Below are positions 47,781 to 62,329 of a stretch of 64,000 bases of DNA, piece by piece. The stretch comes from Mobula hypostoma (Eukaryota): NCBI RefSeq assembly GCF_963921235.1, contig NC_086097.1, positions 52,454,001-52,518,000 on the forward strand. Direction: 5' to 3'. The translations under genes and the position numbers were made by a program. The notes under the pieces are model-generated. The model ran no database searches, was not told the DNA's origin, and was given only the letters and a program-made list of their open reading frames with translations. Every line of letters begins with the position of its first letter. The first letter of the stretch is position 1.

Positions 47781-50241
47781 GACCTCAGCTAATTCATAAG
47801 CCTTTTTCAGCTCCCTTCTCATATTAGACGCATAGTTCAGATAAGTCTTCTCTTTATCAGCCTCACCCATGGGTATCTGGTAATACCCACTTCTCAAGTC
47901 CAGCACACTGAACCATGTTGCACCATTCAGGCAGGCCAGCACGTCTTTGATTCTTCAGACTGTATACTGGTCGGGGAACGTACACCTGTTCAGAGTCCAA
48001 TAGTCCATCCGTTCCTTGCCTTTCTTCTTCCTGGCCACTACTACTCAGTGATGATCCCAGCTTCCTTCAACTTCCACAGATGCTGCCAAACGTCTTCCAC
48101 TTCTGTAGGTGCCAGTTGCCTCAACTTTTCTCTGAAGCTACTGTCCTCTGTCACCCAGATGGTGTGGCAAATGCTCTTGGAACAACCCACATGAAACTCT
48201 TCAGTAGAAAAGACATCTTCTAGCTTCAATATTTTCTCTATCAACCTCTTCTTCTAACCTCCATGTACTGGGGAGTCCCCAAAGTTAAAAGACTCGGCAG
48301 TCATCTTTCCTCTTTTTGGAGAGAATTTCTCCCTGACTTGTCTCACAGGGACACTAGACATTACCATCACCGGGAAGAGGTACGTCATTAGCATCCTCCG
48401 CCTGAGGGTGACCTTCTGCTCCGAAGTGTTCCTGACACTCACTGTCATCCTGTTCGCCTGTACAAGCGAGGCCTTCTGCAGTTCGGGCCTCACCAGTGCC
48501 CCAGCAGGTAAGCCTGACTCCTCTTTGTGGTCTTCCAGAGCACCCACCTCATGCATTCCGGGAAATTTGCGGTTTCCCCATCACTGTCACCACTTCCCCA
48601 GGCCGTAAGGTGAACCACACAGTCCTTCGTTTACGATCATCATCCAGCCCAGTGCAGCCACGCACTTCCTCAAAAGCAGCTTGGAACACAGGGTGAATGG
48701 ACAATGCCTTCAGAAAGCTCTCTCCAACTTTCTCTTTGCAGGCTCCCACTAGCCTCCTCACATTAGGAGTATTCATCCCCAGGAGAATTGAAGCTTCGTC
48801 CCGCTCGATCGGGTCCGGACAAACCAGCACTAATGTATCAGGGACCTCAGCTACTCCCACATCTGCCTCTGAAAACTCCAGCTTCAATGACAAGTAACCA
48901 TCGTACGGATAGTCATCCGTACTAAGACCCCAGATCTCTAGCGCACTGAGTGGCGTCAATGGTAAATGCATCAAATACCGGTTGTAAAACGAGTACAGTA
49001 GAGTAACCTGGGATCCTGTGTCAAGTATGGCTCCAGCATAATACCCTCAATCCATAGCGATACACTGGAGCTTGGCCCCTCTGAGCCTTCAGGAGTAGGG
49101 TGTTTTGCTTTTGGGTGTTCCTTGATATATTGCTGGATATGTGCTCCCCCTGAGAAGCCAGGCCGTTCCCTCACTGGGTCTCTCCGCTTAGATACCCGGG
49201 GGCTCACACTCTTGCCTGAAGTGACCCTCTTCACCACAGTTATAACAGACAATACCGGCCGCTCCCCTTCTCGCGGGACCCAGGTCTCGCTAGCAGCCCT
49301 CTGCGTAGTCCGTCCCCTTAGGGGATCCACCTATCAGCTCTGTCGTACTGGGGGCCACCATAACAACTGGGACGTCTCAGTTCTAAACTCTGCCACAAGC
49401 TCCTTCACCACTCCCCGGGGCGGGTTATTAGTGGTCAGCTCAGCCAAAGGGACCACTTACCAAGGACCGTACCCTGTGGACGGAGGCCTCCCGCGCCTCC
49501 ATCGCATCCTCCTCCTCTCTTACTTCAGCTCAACAAACGAGGGGGGGGGCTCGTCTTACAAGACATTCTGCGACCACAAGCGATCAGATCCGGCAAATGG
49601 GTGCCTTTCGCCACTTGGTCCATTCTTAACTGATTCACCTCAGCCATTTGAATGCCCCCCTACGCCGCAAGCCATTTAGCTGCCTCACTAGCCGAAAAAT
49701 GGAGACAGAAAGCTTCTCCTCCTTCTCCTGAAACTTGTTCTGAAACCCCGTGATAAACTCCAGTGGACCTTCCGTCGCGCAAAACATCTTTTCTAGCGCT
49801 TCCATGTAGCCCGCAGAGGCAGAAAGGGATTCTTCTGTGTCTTTATGGCTCTCACTCCATCAACAGCCGGTCCTTCAAACCTTTAACCAATCGCTCTCTG
49901 TTTTCATCATCAGGGCACTGCTACTCATCCAGCAACTGAGGGGTCTGCTCTGCCCAAGTCTCATACTCCTCCCCCCCCCTTTCTGGGTGGGCTTCGTTCC
50001 TGAGAACAGGCTGAGCCTGCGATAGCTGGGAATTTGAACCTGGGCATTTTGCCATTTATTCGCCAGGGAGGTAAGGGCCGCTACCAACTCAGAATGCTCA
50101 GCCCTTGCTGGAGGACTCTTTAGACCCTCTACATCAGACTCCCTTGCTCCGCAGAAATGAGAGCAACTTGTCTTTAAAGTCTCTGCCCCCAGCTACGGAA
50201 AACCTTGTTTCCAATTCGACACACTTGCCTTCACTCCCCTC

Positions 50242-50390
50242 CTCCCGGGAAGTGTGGACAGTCCACGGCCCCCTCTCTCCCGGGAAGTGTGGACAGTCCA
50301 CGGCCCCCTCTCTCCCGGGAAGTGTGGACAGTCCACGGCCCCCTCTCTCCCGGAAAGTATGGACAGCTCACGGCCCTCGCTCTCCCGGGG
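50242..50390 (+). repeat. 35-bp minisatellite (CTCCCGGGAAGTGTGGACAGTCCACGGCCCCCTCT), ~4 copies, within Gypsy gag
   Basis: Units start at 50242, 50277, 50312 and 50347. Confidence 0.9.
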
Positions 50391-50849
50391 CCCCAAATGT
50401 ACCGGACGGTTCTACTGCCGTTACGTCCGTGCTAATCTGAAGTAAAACAAAGTCTGTGGCCGCCGTTTTATCAAACCTCAGCTCCACCCCTACAGCATAC
50501 ATAACCACGTATCGTAATCACTTTACTGAAGAATAATTTAACACAGACTTAAAAACACAACATAAAAAACTAAAAATTCAAAAACTAGAATGTCAGCACT
50601 TCAGAAGTGTTCTTCCCCTTTTGCCCAGTACTTAGTTGAACCAACTCTCGCAGCTATTGTAGCCAGTAATCTTTTTGGATAAGTCTCTAGTCCCTTTTAA
50701 CAACATGATAGAGTAAGATTTGACCATTCCTTATTACAAAATTGCTCAGGCTGTGCCAGGTCATTTGGGGTGGAACACTGGTCAGTAATCTTAAGGTCTT
50801 GCCAGAGATATTCGATTGAGTTAAAGACAGGTCGCTGGGTCAGTCAAGT

Positions 50850-52258
50850 AGAAACATAGAAAACATACAGCACAATACAGGTCCTTCAGCCCACAAAGCT
50901 GAGCCGAACATGTCCCTACCTTAGAACTACCTAGGCTTTACCCAGAGCTCTCTATTCTTCTAAGCTCCATGTAGCCATCCAGGAGTCTCTTAAAAGACCC
51001 TATCGTATCTGCCTCCACCACCGCCACTGGCAGCCCATTCCACACACTCACCACTCTGCGTAAAAAACTTACCTCTGACATCTCCTCTGTACCTACTTCC
51101 AAGCACCTTAAAACTATGCTCTCTCATGCTAGCCAATTCAACCTTGGGGAAAAGCCTCTGACTATCCACACGATCAATGCCTCTCATTTTCTAATACACC
51201 TCTATCAGGTCACATTGCATCCTCCATCGCTCCAAGGAGAAACGCCCGAGTTCACGCAACCTATTCTCATAAGGCATGCTCCCCAATGCAGGCAACATCC
51301 TTGTAAATCTCCTCTGCACCCTTTCTATGGTTTCCACGTCCTTCCTATAGTGAGACGACCAGAATTGAGCACAGTACTACAAGTGGGGTCTAACCAGGGT
51401 CCAATGTAGCTGTAACATTACCTCTCGGCTCTTACACTCAATCCCAAGGTTGATGAAGGCCAATGCACCGTACGCCTTCTTAACCACAGAGTCAACCTGT
51501 GCAGCAGCTTTGAGTGTCCTATGGACTCAGACCCCAAGATCCCTCTGATCCTCCACACTGCCAAGAGTCTTACCATTAATACTATATTCTGCCATCATAT
51601 TTGACCTACCAAAATGAACCACCTCACACTTATCTGGGTTGAACTTCATCTATCACTTCTCAGCCCAGTTTTGCATCTTATCAATGTCCTGTTGTAACTC
51701 CTGACAGCCCTCCACACTATCCACAACACACCCAACCTTTGTGTCATCAGCAAATTTACTAACCCAACCCTCCACTTCCTCATCGGAGTATTTATAAAAA
51801 TCACAAACAGTAGGGGTCCCCGAACAGATCCCTGAGGCACACCACCGGTCACTGACCTCCATGCAGAATATGACTTGTCTATAACCACTCTTTTGATTTC
51901 TGTGGACAAACTAGTTCTGGATCCACAAAGCAATGTCCCCTTGGATCCCATGCCTCCTTACTTTCTCAATAAGCCTTGCATGGGGTACTTTATCAAATGC
52001 CTTGCTGAAATCTATATACACTACATCTACTGTTCTACCTTCATCAATGTGTTTAGTCACATCCTCAAAAAAATTCAACCAGGCTTGTAAGGCACGATCT
52101 GCCTTTGACAAAGCCATGCTGACTATTCCTAATCATATTATACCTCTCCAAATGTTCATAAATCTTGGCTCTCAAGATCTTCTCCATCAACTTACCAACC
52201 ACTGAGGTAAGACTCATTGGTCTATAATTTCCTGACTATAATTTCCTGTCTATAATTG
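50850..52258 (-). mobile_element. 5'-truncated CR1 LINE
   Basis: YIDFSKAFDKVPH, KFADDTK; TAGAAACA tail. Confidence 0.88.
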
Positions 52259-52409
52259 CCGGACCCTTGATGATCCTGTTGTACATAATACATAATATTT
52301 ACTATAAATTACTATAGTTGCACATTGTACATTTAGACAGAGATGTAACTTAAAGATTATTACTCCTCATATTTACAAAGGATTTAAGTAATAAAGTCAA
52401 TTCAATTCT

Positions 52410-54110
52410 TTGACCATGCTGGCTGGTTTACCTGGATAGTGAGAAGCACAGGCAGAATCCATGGAAGGGAAGCCTTTAGCAATTCTCTGCAGTTCCTTGC
52501 AGTCATGGGCAGAGCAATTGTCATATTAAGTTTCGAAGCATCCAGATAGGATGCTTTTCTGTTGTACATTGATAAATATTGATGAGGGCCAAGGAGGACA
52601 TTCCAAATTTCTTTAGCCTACTGAGGAAGTAGAGGCACTGGTGAGCTTCCTCAGCTGTGGTGTCAATATGTTTGGACCAAGACAGGCTATTAATGATGTT
52701 CACTCCGAGGAACTTAAAACTCTTAGCCCATTTGACTTCAGCAGTGTTGATATAAACAGGGTCATATGCACCATCTCTCTTCCTGGAGTCAATGATCAGC
52801 TCTTCTGTTTGTTGACATTGAGAGAAACTTTGAGGTCGTGATCTAATATTACCGTGCTCTCTATCTCCTTTCTGTACTCCAACACATAATTATTTGAGAT
52901 TCAGCTCACTACAGTGGTATTATTTGCAAACGCAGATGGAGTTAGAACAGAATCTGGCTGTGTAGTTATGAGTGTGCAGGGCGTGGTGCAAGAAGTAATG
53001 ATGCAGACTGGTGGGGCACTGGTGTTAAGGATAATTGAGGAGGCAGTGTTGCATCCTATCCTTATTGATTGTAGCCTGCTGGACAGCAGGTCAAGGATCC
53101 GGTTGCAAAGGGTGGTGTTGAGTTCCGAGTCCAGGAGTTTGGAAATATGTTTGCATGGATTTATAGTACTGAAGGCAGAGTTGTAGTCAATAAACAATCA
53201 AGTGACGCAATGGGTCAGGATTGTCAGGAAGACTGCATTTAGTGCACTTGATGATGGGGGATATCAGAGCCACCGGGCTGTAGTCATCAAGGTACATTGC
53301 TTTGTTTTTCATAGGTGCTGATATGATAGCGGTCTTCGCAAACCAGCTGGGAATTGCAGACTGATGCAGGGAGAAGTTAAAAATGTCTGCAAATAACCAT
53401 TAGCTGATCTGCACAGGATCTAAGGAAACAGCCAGGGACACCATATGAACCAGATTCTTTTGTACTGGAAGCCATTGGGTGGACAGTAACGTTCTAATCC
53501 CTTTCTGTTCAAAACCGCGCATGGAATATCTTAAGCTTATCGGGAAGGAATGTGCTAGTGTGGGTGATGCTGCTTGACTTTGTTTTGTAGCCCCTTATAA
53601 TATGTAAGCTCATGGCTGGCCTGGGACTCGATTTTGGGCTAGAGCTGTCTTTTGGCATCATTGATAGCTTTAAAGGTCTTATCTTAATTTCTTGTCATGC
53701 CATGGTCACCTGACTTGAATATTGCAGTCCTGAACTTCAGTAGGGAGTGGGTCTCCCAGCTTATCCATGGTTGTCAGTTTGGGAACACTCAGAATCTCTT
53801 CTTTGGTACACAATCCTCAACATATCTGTTTATAAAGTCTGTGACGGTAGTGACATGTTCATCTCAGCTGGCTGTTGAGTCTTTGAACATGGACTAGTCT
53901 ACTGACCCACAGAAGTCATATAGGAACCCATCAATTTACTCAGATCAGTGCTGTACAACTTTCTGTACTGGTTCCTCACATTTCAGCTTCTGTTTATACA
54001 CAAGAAGGAGTATGGCCTGGTGGTCTGATTTGCCAAAGAGTGGGCGGGGAAGAGGTATAGGGGAGGGTAGGTGTGAGTGGGTCAGCAGCCGTCGTTGTTG
54101 GATTTGTCAC
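52410..54110 (-). mobile_element. Degenerate Rex/Babar-like LINE
   Basis: FIDYNSAFSTI..LCNRILDLL; SLSWSKHIDTT..AHQCLYFLSRLKKFGMS. Confidence 0.7.
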
Positions 54111-54117
54111 AATGTTA

Positions 54118-54840
54118 TGACAATAGACAATAGATGCAGGAGTAGGCCATTCGGCCCTTCGAGCCAGCACCGCCATTCACTGTGTTCATGGCTGATCATC
54201 CACAATCAGTATCCAGTTCCTGCCTTATCCTCATAACCTTTGAGTCCGCTATCTTTAAGAGTTCTATCAATCTCTTTCTTGAAAGCATCCAGAGAATTGG
54301 CCTCCACAGCCTTCTGGGGCAGAGCATTCCATATATCCACCACTCTCTGGGTGAAAAAGTTTTTCCTCTATTCCGTTCTAAATGGCCTACCCCTTATTCT
54401 TAAACTGTGGCCTCTGGTTCTGGACTCGCCCATCAGCGGGAACATGCTTCCTGCTTGCAGCGTGTCCAATCCCTTAATAATCTTATATGTTTCAATAAGA
54501 TCCCCTCTCAGCCTTCTAAATTCCAGAGTATACAAGCCCAGTCGCTCCAGTCTTTCGACATATGACAGTCCCGCCATCCCGGGAATTAACCTTGTGAACC
54601 TACACTGCACTCCCTCAATAGCAAGAATGTCCTTCCTCAGATTTGGAGACCAAAACTGCACATAGTACTCCAGGTGTGGTCTCACCAGGGCCTTGTACAG
54701 CTGCAGAAGGACCTCTTATACTCAATTTGCCTTGTTATGAAGGCCAGCATGCCATTAGCTTTCTTCACTGCCTGCTGTACCTGCATGCTTACTTTCAGTG
54801 ACTGATGAACAAGGACACCTAGATCTCGCTGTACTCCCCA
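54118..54840 (-). mobile_element. CR1 LINE 3' fragment
   Basis: RPHLEYYVQFWSP..RRLRGDLIETYKI..RTRGHSL; CAATAGA tandem tail. Confidence 0.88.
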
Positions 54841-54988
54841 TTGTGAAGAATCTTCCATGTATCCCCATCAGGCAGATAAAATCTCAAAGGTTTGGAGAGC
54901 TGATGCCTATTGAAGCAGAGTTTATGCAAGTGTGCATTTCAAGTTAAGAAACTATTGGACTCTGGCATAATAGAGCCCTGCTGACATA

Positions 54989-55586
54989 CAAGGGGTGATT
55001 GATAATTTCGTGGCCTAAGGTAGAAGGAGTCAATTTTAGAAAACCTAGCACATTTATTTTTCAACATAGTCCCCTCCTACATTTACACACTTAGTCCAGC
55101 GGTCGTGGAGCACATGGATCTTGGACCTCCAGAAAGTGTCCACAGCAGGGGTGGTTGATAAGTTCGTGGCCTAAGGTAGAAGGAGATGAGTTCTACAGCT
55201 CTCGTTACATGCACATGCAGTTCAACTCTTTGAGTGATTATGCAGAAAGTTTGAAGTTAATAACTCATCAGAGGTGATCGATAAGTTTGTGACCTAAGGT
55301 AGAAGGAGATGAGTTATTAACCAAATTTTCTGCATAATCACTCAAAGAGTTGAACTGCATGTGCATGTAACGAGAGCTGTACAAGTCATCTCCTTCTACC
55401 CTAGGCTATGAACTTATCAATCACTCATGCTGTGGACAGTTTCTAGAGGTCCAAGATTTGTGTGCTCCACGACTACTGGACTAAGTGTATAAATGTAGGA
55501 GGGGACTATGTTGAAAAATAAATGTGCTAGGTTTTCTAAAATTGACTCCTTCTACCTTAGGCCACAAACTTATCAATCACCCCTCG
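54989..55586. mobile_element. Palindromic Tc1/mariner-type MITE
   Basis: TA TSDs; termini CAAGGGGTGATTGATAA / TTATCAATCACCCCTCG; the two halves are long inverted repeats. Confidence 0.88.
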
Positions 55587-55624
55587 TACATTGTTGTGGC
55601 TTGATTTTCTCAAGAACTGCAACC

Positions 55625-57575
55625 ATAAGACTATAAGGCATGAGAGAAGAATTAGGCCATTTGGCCCATTGAGTCTACTCCACCATTGAATCGTAGCTGA
55701 TCCTTTTCTTTGCCCTCCTCAGCCCCATTTCCCAGCCTTCTCCCCGTAACCTCTGATGCTGTGGCCAATCAAGAACCTATTAATCTCCACCTTAAATACA
55801 CCCAACAATCTGGCCTCCACAGCTGCCTGTGGTAACAAATTCCACAAATTCACCACCCTCTGGCTAAAGAAATTTCTCTGTTTTCAATGGACGCTTCTCT
55901 ACCTTGAAACTGTGCCCTCTTGTCCTAGACTTCATCATGGAAAACATCCTTTCCACATCTACTCTGACTAGGTCATTCAACATTCGAAAGGTTTCAATGA
56001 GACCCCCCCCCCATCCTTCTAAATTCCAGCAAGTACAGACCCAGAGCTATCAAATGCTCCTCATATGATAACTCTTTCATTTCTGGAATGATCCTTGTGA
56101 ACCTCCTCTGAATCCTCTCCAATGCCAGCACATCTTTTCTAAGATGAGGGGCCCAAAACTGTTCACAACACTCAAGGTGAGGCCTCACCTATGCCTTATA
56201 AAGCCTCAGCATCACATCCCTGCTCTTATATTCAAGACCTCTTGAAATGAATGCTAACATTGCATTTGCCTTCCTCACCACCAATTCCGCACAAAGATTC
56301 CCAAGTCCCTCTGCATCTCAAATTTCTGAATTTTCTCTCCATTTAGAAACCAGTCTTCGCATTTATTTCTTCTACCAAAGTGCATGTCCGTGCAGTTTTC
56401 ATCATTGTATTTCATTTGTCACTTTCTTGCCCATTCTCCTAATCGGTCTAAGGCCTTCTGTAACTTATCTGTTTCCTCAACACTACCTGCCCCTCTACCA
56501 ACCTTCACAACGTCTGCAAACTTGTCAACAAAGCTATCTACTCCGTCATCTAAATCATTGATATACAGTATAAAAAGAAGTGGTCCCAAGACTGATCCCT
56601 GCAGAATACCACTGGTCACTGGCAGCCAATCAGAAAAGGATCATTTTATTCCCACTCGCTGCCTCCTACCAATCAGCCAATGCTCTAACCATGCCAGTAA
56701 CCTTCCCGTAATACCATGGGCTCTTAACTTGGTAAGTAGACTCATGTATGGCACATTGTCAAAAGCCTTCTGGAAATCCAAATATACAACATCCACTACA
56801 TCCCCTTTATCTATCCTACTTGTAATCTCCTCAAAGAATTCCAACAGGTTCGTCAGACAAGATTTTCCCTTAAGGAAATCATGCTGACTTTGTCGTATCT
56901 TGCCCTGTGTCACCAAGCACCCGACAGCCCCACCCTTAACAATTGACTCCAGCATCTTTCCAACCACTGAGGTGAAGCTAATTGGTCTGTAATTTCCTTT
57001 TGGCTGCTTCCATTCTTTCTTAAAGAGTGGAGTGACATTTGCAATTTTCCAGTCCTCCAGAACCATGCCACAGTCCAATGATTCTTGAAAGATCATTACT
57101 AATGCCTCCACAATTTCTGCTGCTAGCTCTTTCAGAACACAAGAGTGCAGTTCATCTGGTCCAGGTGACTTATGTACCTTTAGGTCTTTCAGCTTTTTGA
57201 GCAAATGTTCCCTTGTAATAGTAACTGCACTCAATTCTCTTCCCTCATCCTTCAACACCTAACACACTGCTAGTGTCTTCCACAGTGAAGACTGATGCAA
57301 AACACTCATTTAGTTCATCTGCCATTTCCTTCTCCCCCATTATTATTTCTCTGATGTTATTTTCTAGCAGTCCTATATCTCATCTCTCTTTTATTTTTTA
57401 TATAGTTGAAAAAACTTTTTCTATCCACTTTGATATTGTTTGTTAGCTTTCTTTCACATATCATCTTTTTTCCTCTGAACTTTTAGTTGCTTTCTGTCTT
57501 GTCACTAATTTTTGTTTTATTGTATGCCCTCTCTTTTGCTTTTACATTAGATTTGTCTTCCCTTGTCAGCCACGG
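55625..57575 (-). mobile_element. Degenerate CR1 LINE (ORF2 3' half)
   Basis: KSPGPDELH, GKSCLTNLLEFF, YLDFQKAFD, QGSVLGPLLF, RPHLECCEQFW. Confidence 0.88.
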
Positions 57576-58284
57576 GAATGTATCCAGGAGCTGTGGAGTC
57601 AAATTGTAACAAAGTGCCTTCGAAAGAGCACAAGATCAGACAATAAATCTTGCTGCATTGTGATCAGAGGACTGGTGGTTCAGCCTAATTGCAGGCTACT
57701 ATACAAACACAGTTAGAGCTAAAGACACTTATGACCACATTCAATTCGGACTGTTGATCAGATGATCCATCTCGACTTCATCCCAGGATCCCCACTATCA
57801 CAGAAACCAGTCTTCAGCCAATTTCTTTCACTGTCACCAAAGAACAGATGAGTCCTGGATGTAGCAAAAGCCATATAACCAGGCAACATCCATTTAATAG
57901 CTCTAGGCCTAGTCTTCCATGCTTTGGCAATTAAACTGCTTGCCTAGATACTTAGATATTATGAGATTGCCTGTGTCCTTTGTTTTCTCAGACAGTACGT
58001 TCCAGACTTCAATCACCTTCTAGGTGAGAAGTATTCTCAATATTCCCTTGGAACTTCTTAGTCTCTACCTTAACTCTATGCAGTCTAGTTATCGGCATCT
58101 CTGCTACTGGGGGAACAGTTTACTCATCCTGCACTATGTTCCAGTTGTACACCTCCACCAGGTTCTGCAAAAGAAACAAACCAAATCTATCTAGTTTCTC
58201 CTGAGCAGAGACACTCCATCCTAAGCAACATCCCAGTGAATCTCTGCTACATTCTCTCCAGTGCAATCACAGCTGTTCTATTCC

Positions 58285-58490
58285 CACTGGTGCTTGTAAC
58301 GAGTTTGTCTGTTTTCCCCATGACTGCATGGGCTTCCTTCCACAGTCCAAAGATGTATCGGTTGGTAGCTTAATTGGTCTTTGTAAATTGTCCTGTGATT
58401 AGCTGAGGATTAAATCGGGGGATTGTTGGGTAGTGTAGCTTGAAGGGCCGGAAAGGCCTATTCCACACTATACCTCAGTAAATAAAGAAA
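58285..58490 (+). mobile_element. V-SINE (HE1-like) fragment
   Basis: GAGTTTG..TTTTCCCCATGACTGCATGGG..CCACAGTCCAAAGA..TTAATTGG..TGTAAATTGTCC resembles the V-SINE central domain. Confidence 0.55.
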
Positions 58491-58837
58491 CCCTGGCAAT
58501 CAAAACTACACATAATCTTCCAGTTGTGTACTCACCTCCGTTTTGTAAAACTGCAACATAAATATCTTGCACTTACTGTATATTCATCCCTAGCTAATTA
58601 AAGTTAGCATCCCATATGCTTTCTTCTACACCATACCTACCTGTACTGTCACTCACCAGGAATTTTGGACTCCCCTTGTTCCTCAATACTCCACAGGGGC
58701 CTACTATTCATTGTGTAGCTCCATCCTTATTTAATCTCCCAAAATACATCACTTTACACTCAGAATTCCATTTGCCATTCCTCAACCCAACCTGACAACT
58801 AATCAGTCTTTCTGTAGCCCAAGACTATCCTCAACCA

Positions 58838-59900
58838 CATAAATGGTAAGGCTCTTGGCCATGTGAAGCATCTGAGAGACCTTGGGGTCTGTGTCTATAG
58901 GACACTCAAAGCTGCTGTGCAGGTTGACAATGTTGTTAAGATTGTTAATATGTATAGTGTATTGGCATTCATCAACTATGGGATTGAGTTCAAGAGCCGT
59001 GAGGTAATGTTACAGCTATACAAGCCCTTAGTTTGACTCCACTTGGAGAACCACGTTCAGTTCTGGTCACCTCATTACAGGAAGGATGTGGATACTATAG
59101 AGAGAGTGCAGAGGAGATTTACAAGGATGTTGCCTGGATTGGAGAGCATGCCTTATGAGAATATGTTGAGTGAAACATAGAAACATAGAAAATAGGTGCA
59201 GGAGTAGGCCATTCGGCCCTTCGAACCTGCACCGCCATTTATTATGATCATGGCTGATCATCCAACTCAGAACCCCGCCCCAGCCTTCCCTCCATACCCC
59301 CTGACCCCCGTAGCCACAAGGGCCATATCTAACTCCCTCTTAAATATAGCCAATGAACTGGCCTCAACAGTTTGCTGTGGCAGAGAATTCCACAGATTCA
59401 CCACTCTCTGTGTGAAGAAGTTTTTCCTAATCTCGGTCCTAAAAGGCTTCCCCTCTATCCTCAAACTGTGACCCCTCGTTCTGGACTTCCCCAACATCGG
59501 GAACTTGGCCTTTTCTCCTTGGAACGACAAAGGATGAGAGATGACCTGTATAAACGAGAGGCATTGAGAGGTGTGGATAGACAGAGGCTTCTTCCCAGGG
59601 CTGAAATGGCTAACACGAGAGGGCATAGTTTTAAGGTGCTTGGAAGTGGGGTACAAGGGGGTTGTCAGCAGTACGTTTTTCACACAGAGAGTGGTGGGTG
59701 CGTGGAATGCCAGCAACAGTGGTAGTGGTGGATACGATAAGAGTCTCTTAAAAGACCCTAGGTAGGTACATGGAGCTTAGAAAAAGAGAGGGCTATGAGG
59801 TAGGTTTCTCTACAGTTTCTAGAGTAGGTTACATGGTTGTCACAACATTTTGGGCTGAAGGGCCTGTAATGTACTGTAGATTTCTTTTTTATATGTTCTA
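58838..59900 (+). mobile_element. CR1 3' fragment with a nested antisense CR1 3' end (~59175-59500)
   Basis: CR1 C-terminal peptides on both strands; ACATAGAA tail near 59176. Confidence 0.85.
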
Positions 59901-60576
59901 ATTTTTTGGACCAGCCTTTCTTGTGGGGCTTTGCCAAATGTCTTTAAGTCAATGCATGTTACTTCAGGCTTACCACCTACATCCACATACAATTACTTCT
60001 GTGAGCATACATCATCTGTCCTAAAGCCTAGTGTATGCTTTATCAAAATTTAAAAATCTATGACATATTAACAATAATAATTCATCAACACAAGATTTCT
60101 GTCAAAAACAGTCCAAACCGCTTAAATATCTCACTGATGTCTGTAAACCATATGGAAAATGCAATAACTACAAATCTCTTTGGATGTCAGCCGATTGTTA
60201 AGTTTAGTTTTCAATTTCACTGGAGCAAAAATATTTGTGGTAATCCTGTGACCTGTCAACTCCAGCAGAATACATGGGCTGACGCATCAGAACTACAATC
60301 CTGCAGTCTCATCCCTAAACCATGTTTTTCTTGGGTTGTCAACAGGGAACGTAAGGTACTGGAATTAATCCTTTTATGGTTGCCAGTTAACTGCAAGTAC
60401 ATTTTATTGCACTGCAGCTCAAACTTTTGATTTATTAAGATCCCTGGAGAGCAGGGGTGCCCAACCTGGGGTCCACAGGCATCAGTAAATGGTAGGGAAC
60501 CCCTGCAAGATTCTCTGGCCAATTCTTCTCAATTATTCCAAGTCATAGCATTATTCAGTATGTAGAGTGCAACGTA

Positions 60577-62147
60577 CACCCAGTGGCCACTTTGTTAGGT
60601 ACCTCTTAACAAAGATTAGTGTTTGAGAATGATTTTTTTTTGTGGTCTGCCGCTGTTGTAGCCCATCCACTTCAAGGTCCGAAGTACTGTACATTCAGAG
60701 ATACTCCTCTGTAAACCACTTCTCGGATGTGGAGAATATTCTAAATGTTTGCATCACCATCTGATATGGAGGGGCCACTGCACAGGATCCAAAAAAGCTG
60801 GACAAATATGTAGATTCTGCCAGCTCGATCATTTTAGATTAGATTAGATTCAACTTTATTGTCACTGTGCCGAGTACAGATACAAAGCCAATGAAATGCA
60901 TTTAGCATCTGACCAGAAATGCAAAGAATAGTGTTATTTACAAAATAACTGTGAATAAAAAAAGTGCTACAGCACACAAATATAAAAGTACTGAGACAGA
61001 ACAATATGGGTGCAATACTGCTTAGCGCTGTGATGTGAGGTTCAGCAGGGTCACAGCCTCAGGGAAGAAGCTCTTCCTGTGCCTGCTGGTGTGGGAGAGG
61101 AGGCTCCTGTAGCGCCTAACGGATGGCAGAAGAGTAAAAAATCCATGGTTAGGGTGAGATGCATCCCTGATAATGCTTTTCGCCCTGCCCAGGCAGCGTT
61201 TATGGTAGATGTTCTCAATGGTGGGCAATTGGGTGCTGATAATCCGCTGGGCAGTTTTCACCACACGCTGGAGTGCTTTGCAGTCCAATATGGGACAATT
61301 GCCATACCACACTGAGATGCAGTTGGTGAGTATGCTACACTATCATGGACACTATTGTTCCAGCATTGAGGTCACCTTCAAAGGACAATGCCTCAAAAAG
61401 GCTGCATCCATCATTAAGGATCCCCATGACCCAGGACATACCCTCTTCTCACTGCTACCCTCAAGGAGGAGGCACAGGAGCCTGAAGACACAAGCTCAAC
61501 ATTTCAGGAACAGCTTCTTCACCTCTGCCATCAAATTTCTGAATGGACAATGAACCCACTAATACTACCTCAGTATTTCTTTTCCTCTCTTTTTGCACTA
61601 CATATTTTATTTAATTTTCTTTTTTCATATATACTTATTGTCATGTATAGTTTTTATTTTTATGTATACAATGTACTGCTGCTGCAAAACAACACATTTC
61701 ATGGCACTGATATCAAATCTGATTCTGATTCTGTTGTAACTTGTGCTTAATTGAGTTATTGTCACCTTCCTGTCAGCTACAAATACTCTGGCCATTTTCC
61801 TCTAATCTTTCATTAACAAGGCATTTTCACCATAACACTGCCAAGCACTGGATGTTTTTTCTTTGGATTCTCATACCATTCTCTGTAAACTCTAGAGAAT
61901 GTTGAGCATGAAAATTCCAGCAGTTTCTGTGATACTCAAACTACCCCATCTGGCCTTAATCATTCCACAGTCAAAATCACTGAGATTACATTTCTTCCCC
62001 ATTCAGATGTTTTGTCTGAACAACATCTGAACCTCTTGACCATGTCTGTATGCTTTCATGCACTGAGTTTTTGCCTCATAATTGGCTGATTGGATATTTG
62101 CATTAACGAGCAGGTGTACAGGTGTACCTAATAAGATGGTCACTGTG
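60577..62147. mobile_element. Tc1-like non-autonomous DNA transposon with nested Rex/Babar-like LINE fragments (~60720-61735)
   Basis: TA-flanked TIRs CACCCAGTGGCCACTTTGTTAGGTAC / GTACCTAATAAGATGGTCACTGTG; nested WYGNC..LQRVVKTAQRI..SHPNHGFFTLLPS. Confidence 0.75.
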
Positions 62148-62329
62148 TACATTTACAAGCAGTCCATGGTTTACAGTACCACACAATTAGTTTTAGCAAT
62201 GAATGCTAAAGAGTTCATTAAAAATAAAGAACAGAAATGGTGGAGAAACTCATTCTGTTCCTCAAACAGTTAATGTTTCAGGTCAAAGACACTTTGGCAC
62301 AACTGAGCTTGAAAAAAAGCAAGTTGTCT

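Larger units (their letters stand above)
46251..50500 (-). mobile_element. Degenerate Gypsy/Ty3 LTR retrotransposon (3' LTR 46251-46888; PNMA-like gag, protease, partial RT/integrase)
   Basis: LTR ends TGTAAAGC/GCATTACA, polypurine tract from 46889; [41 protein letters not shown]; large internal deletions. Confidence 0.85.

Noticed and set aside
60035..60522. ORFs 60035-60430 (+) and 60256-60522 (-) as an upstream EGF exon
   Set aside because: No EGF cysteine spacing in the frames inspected
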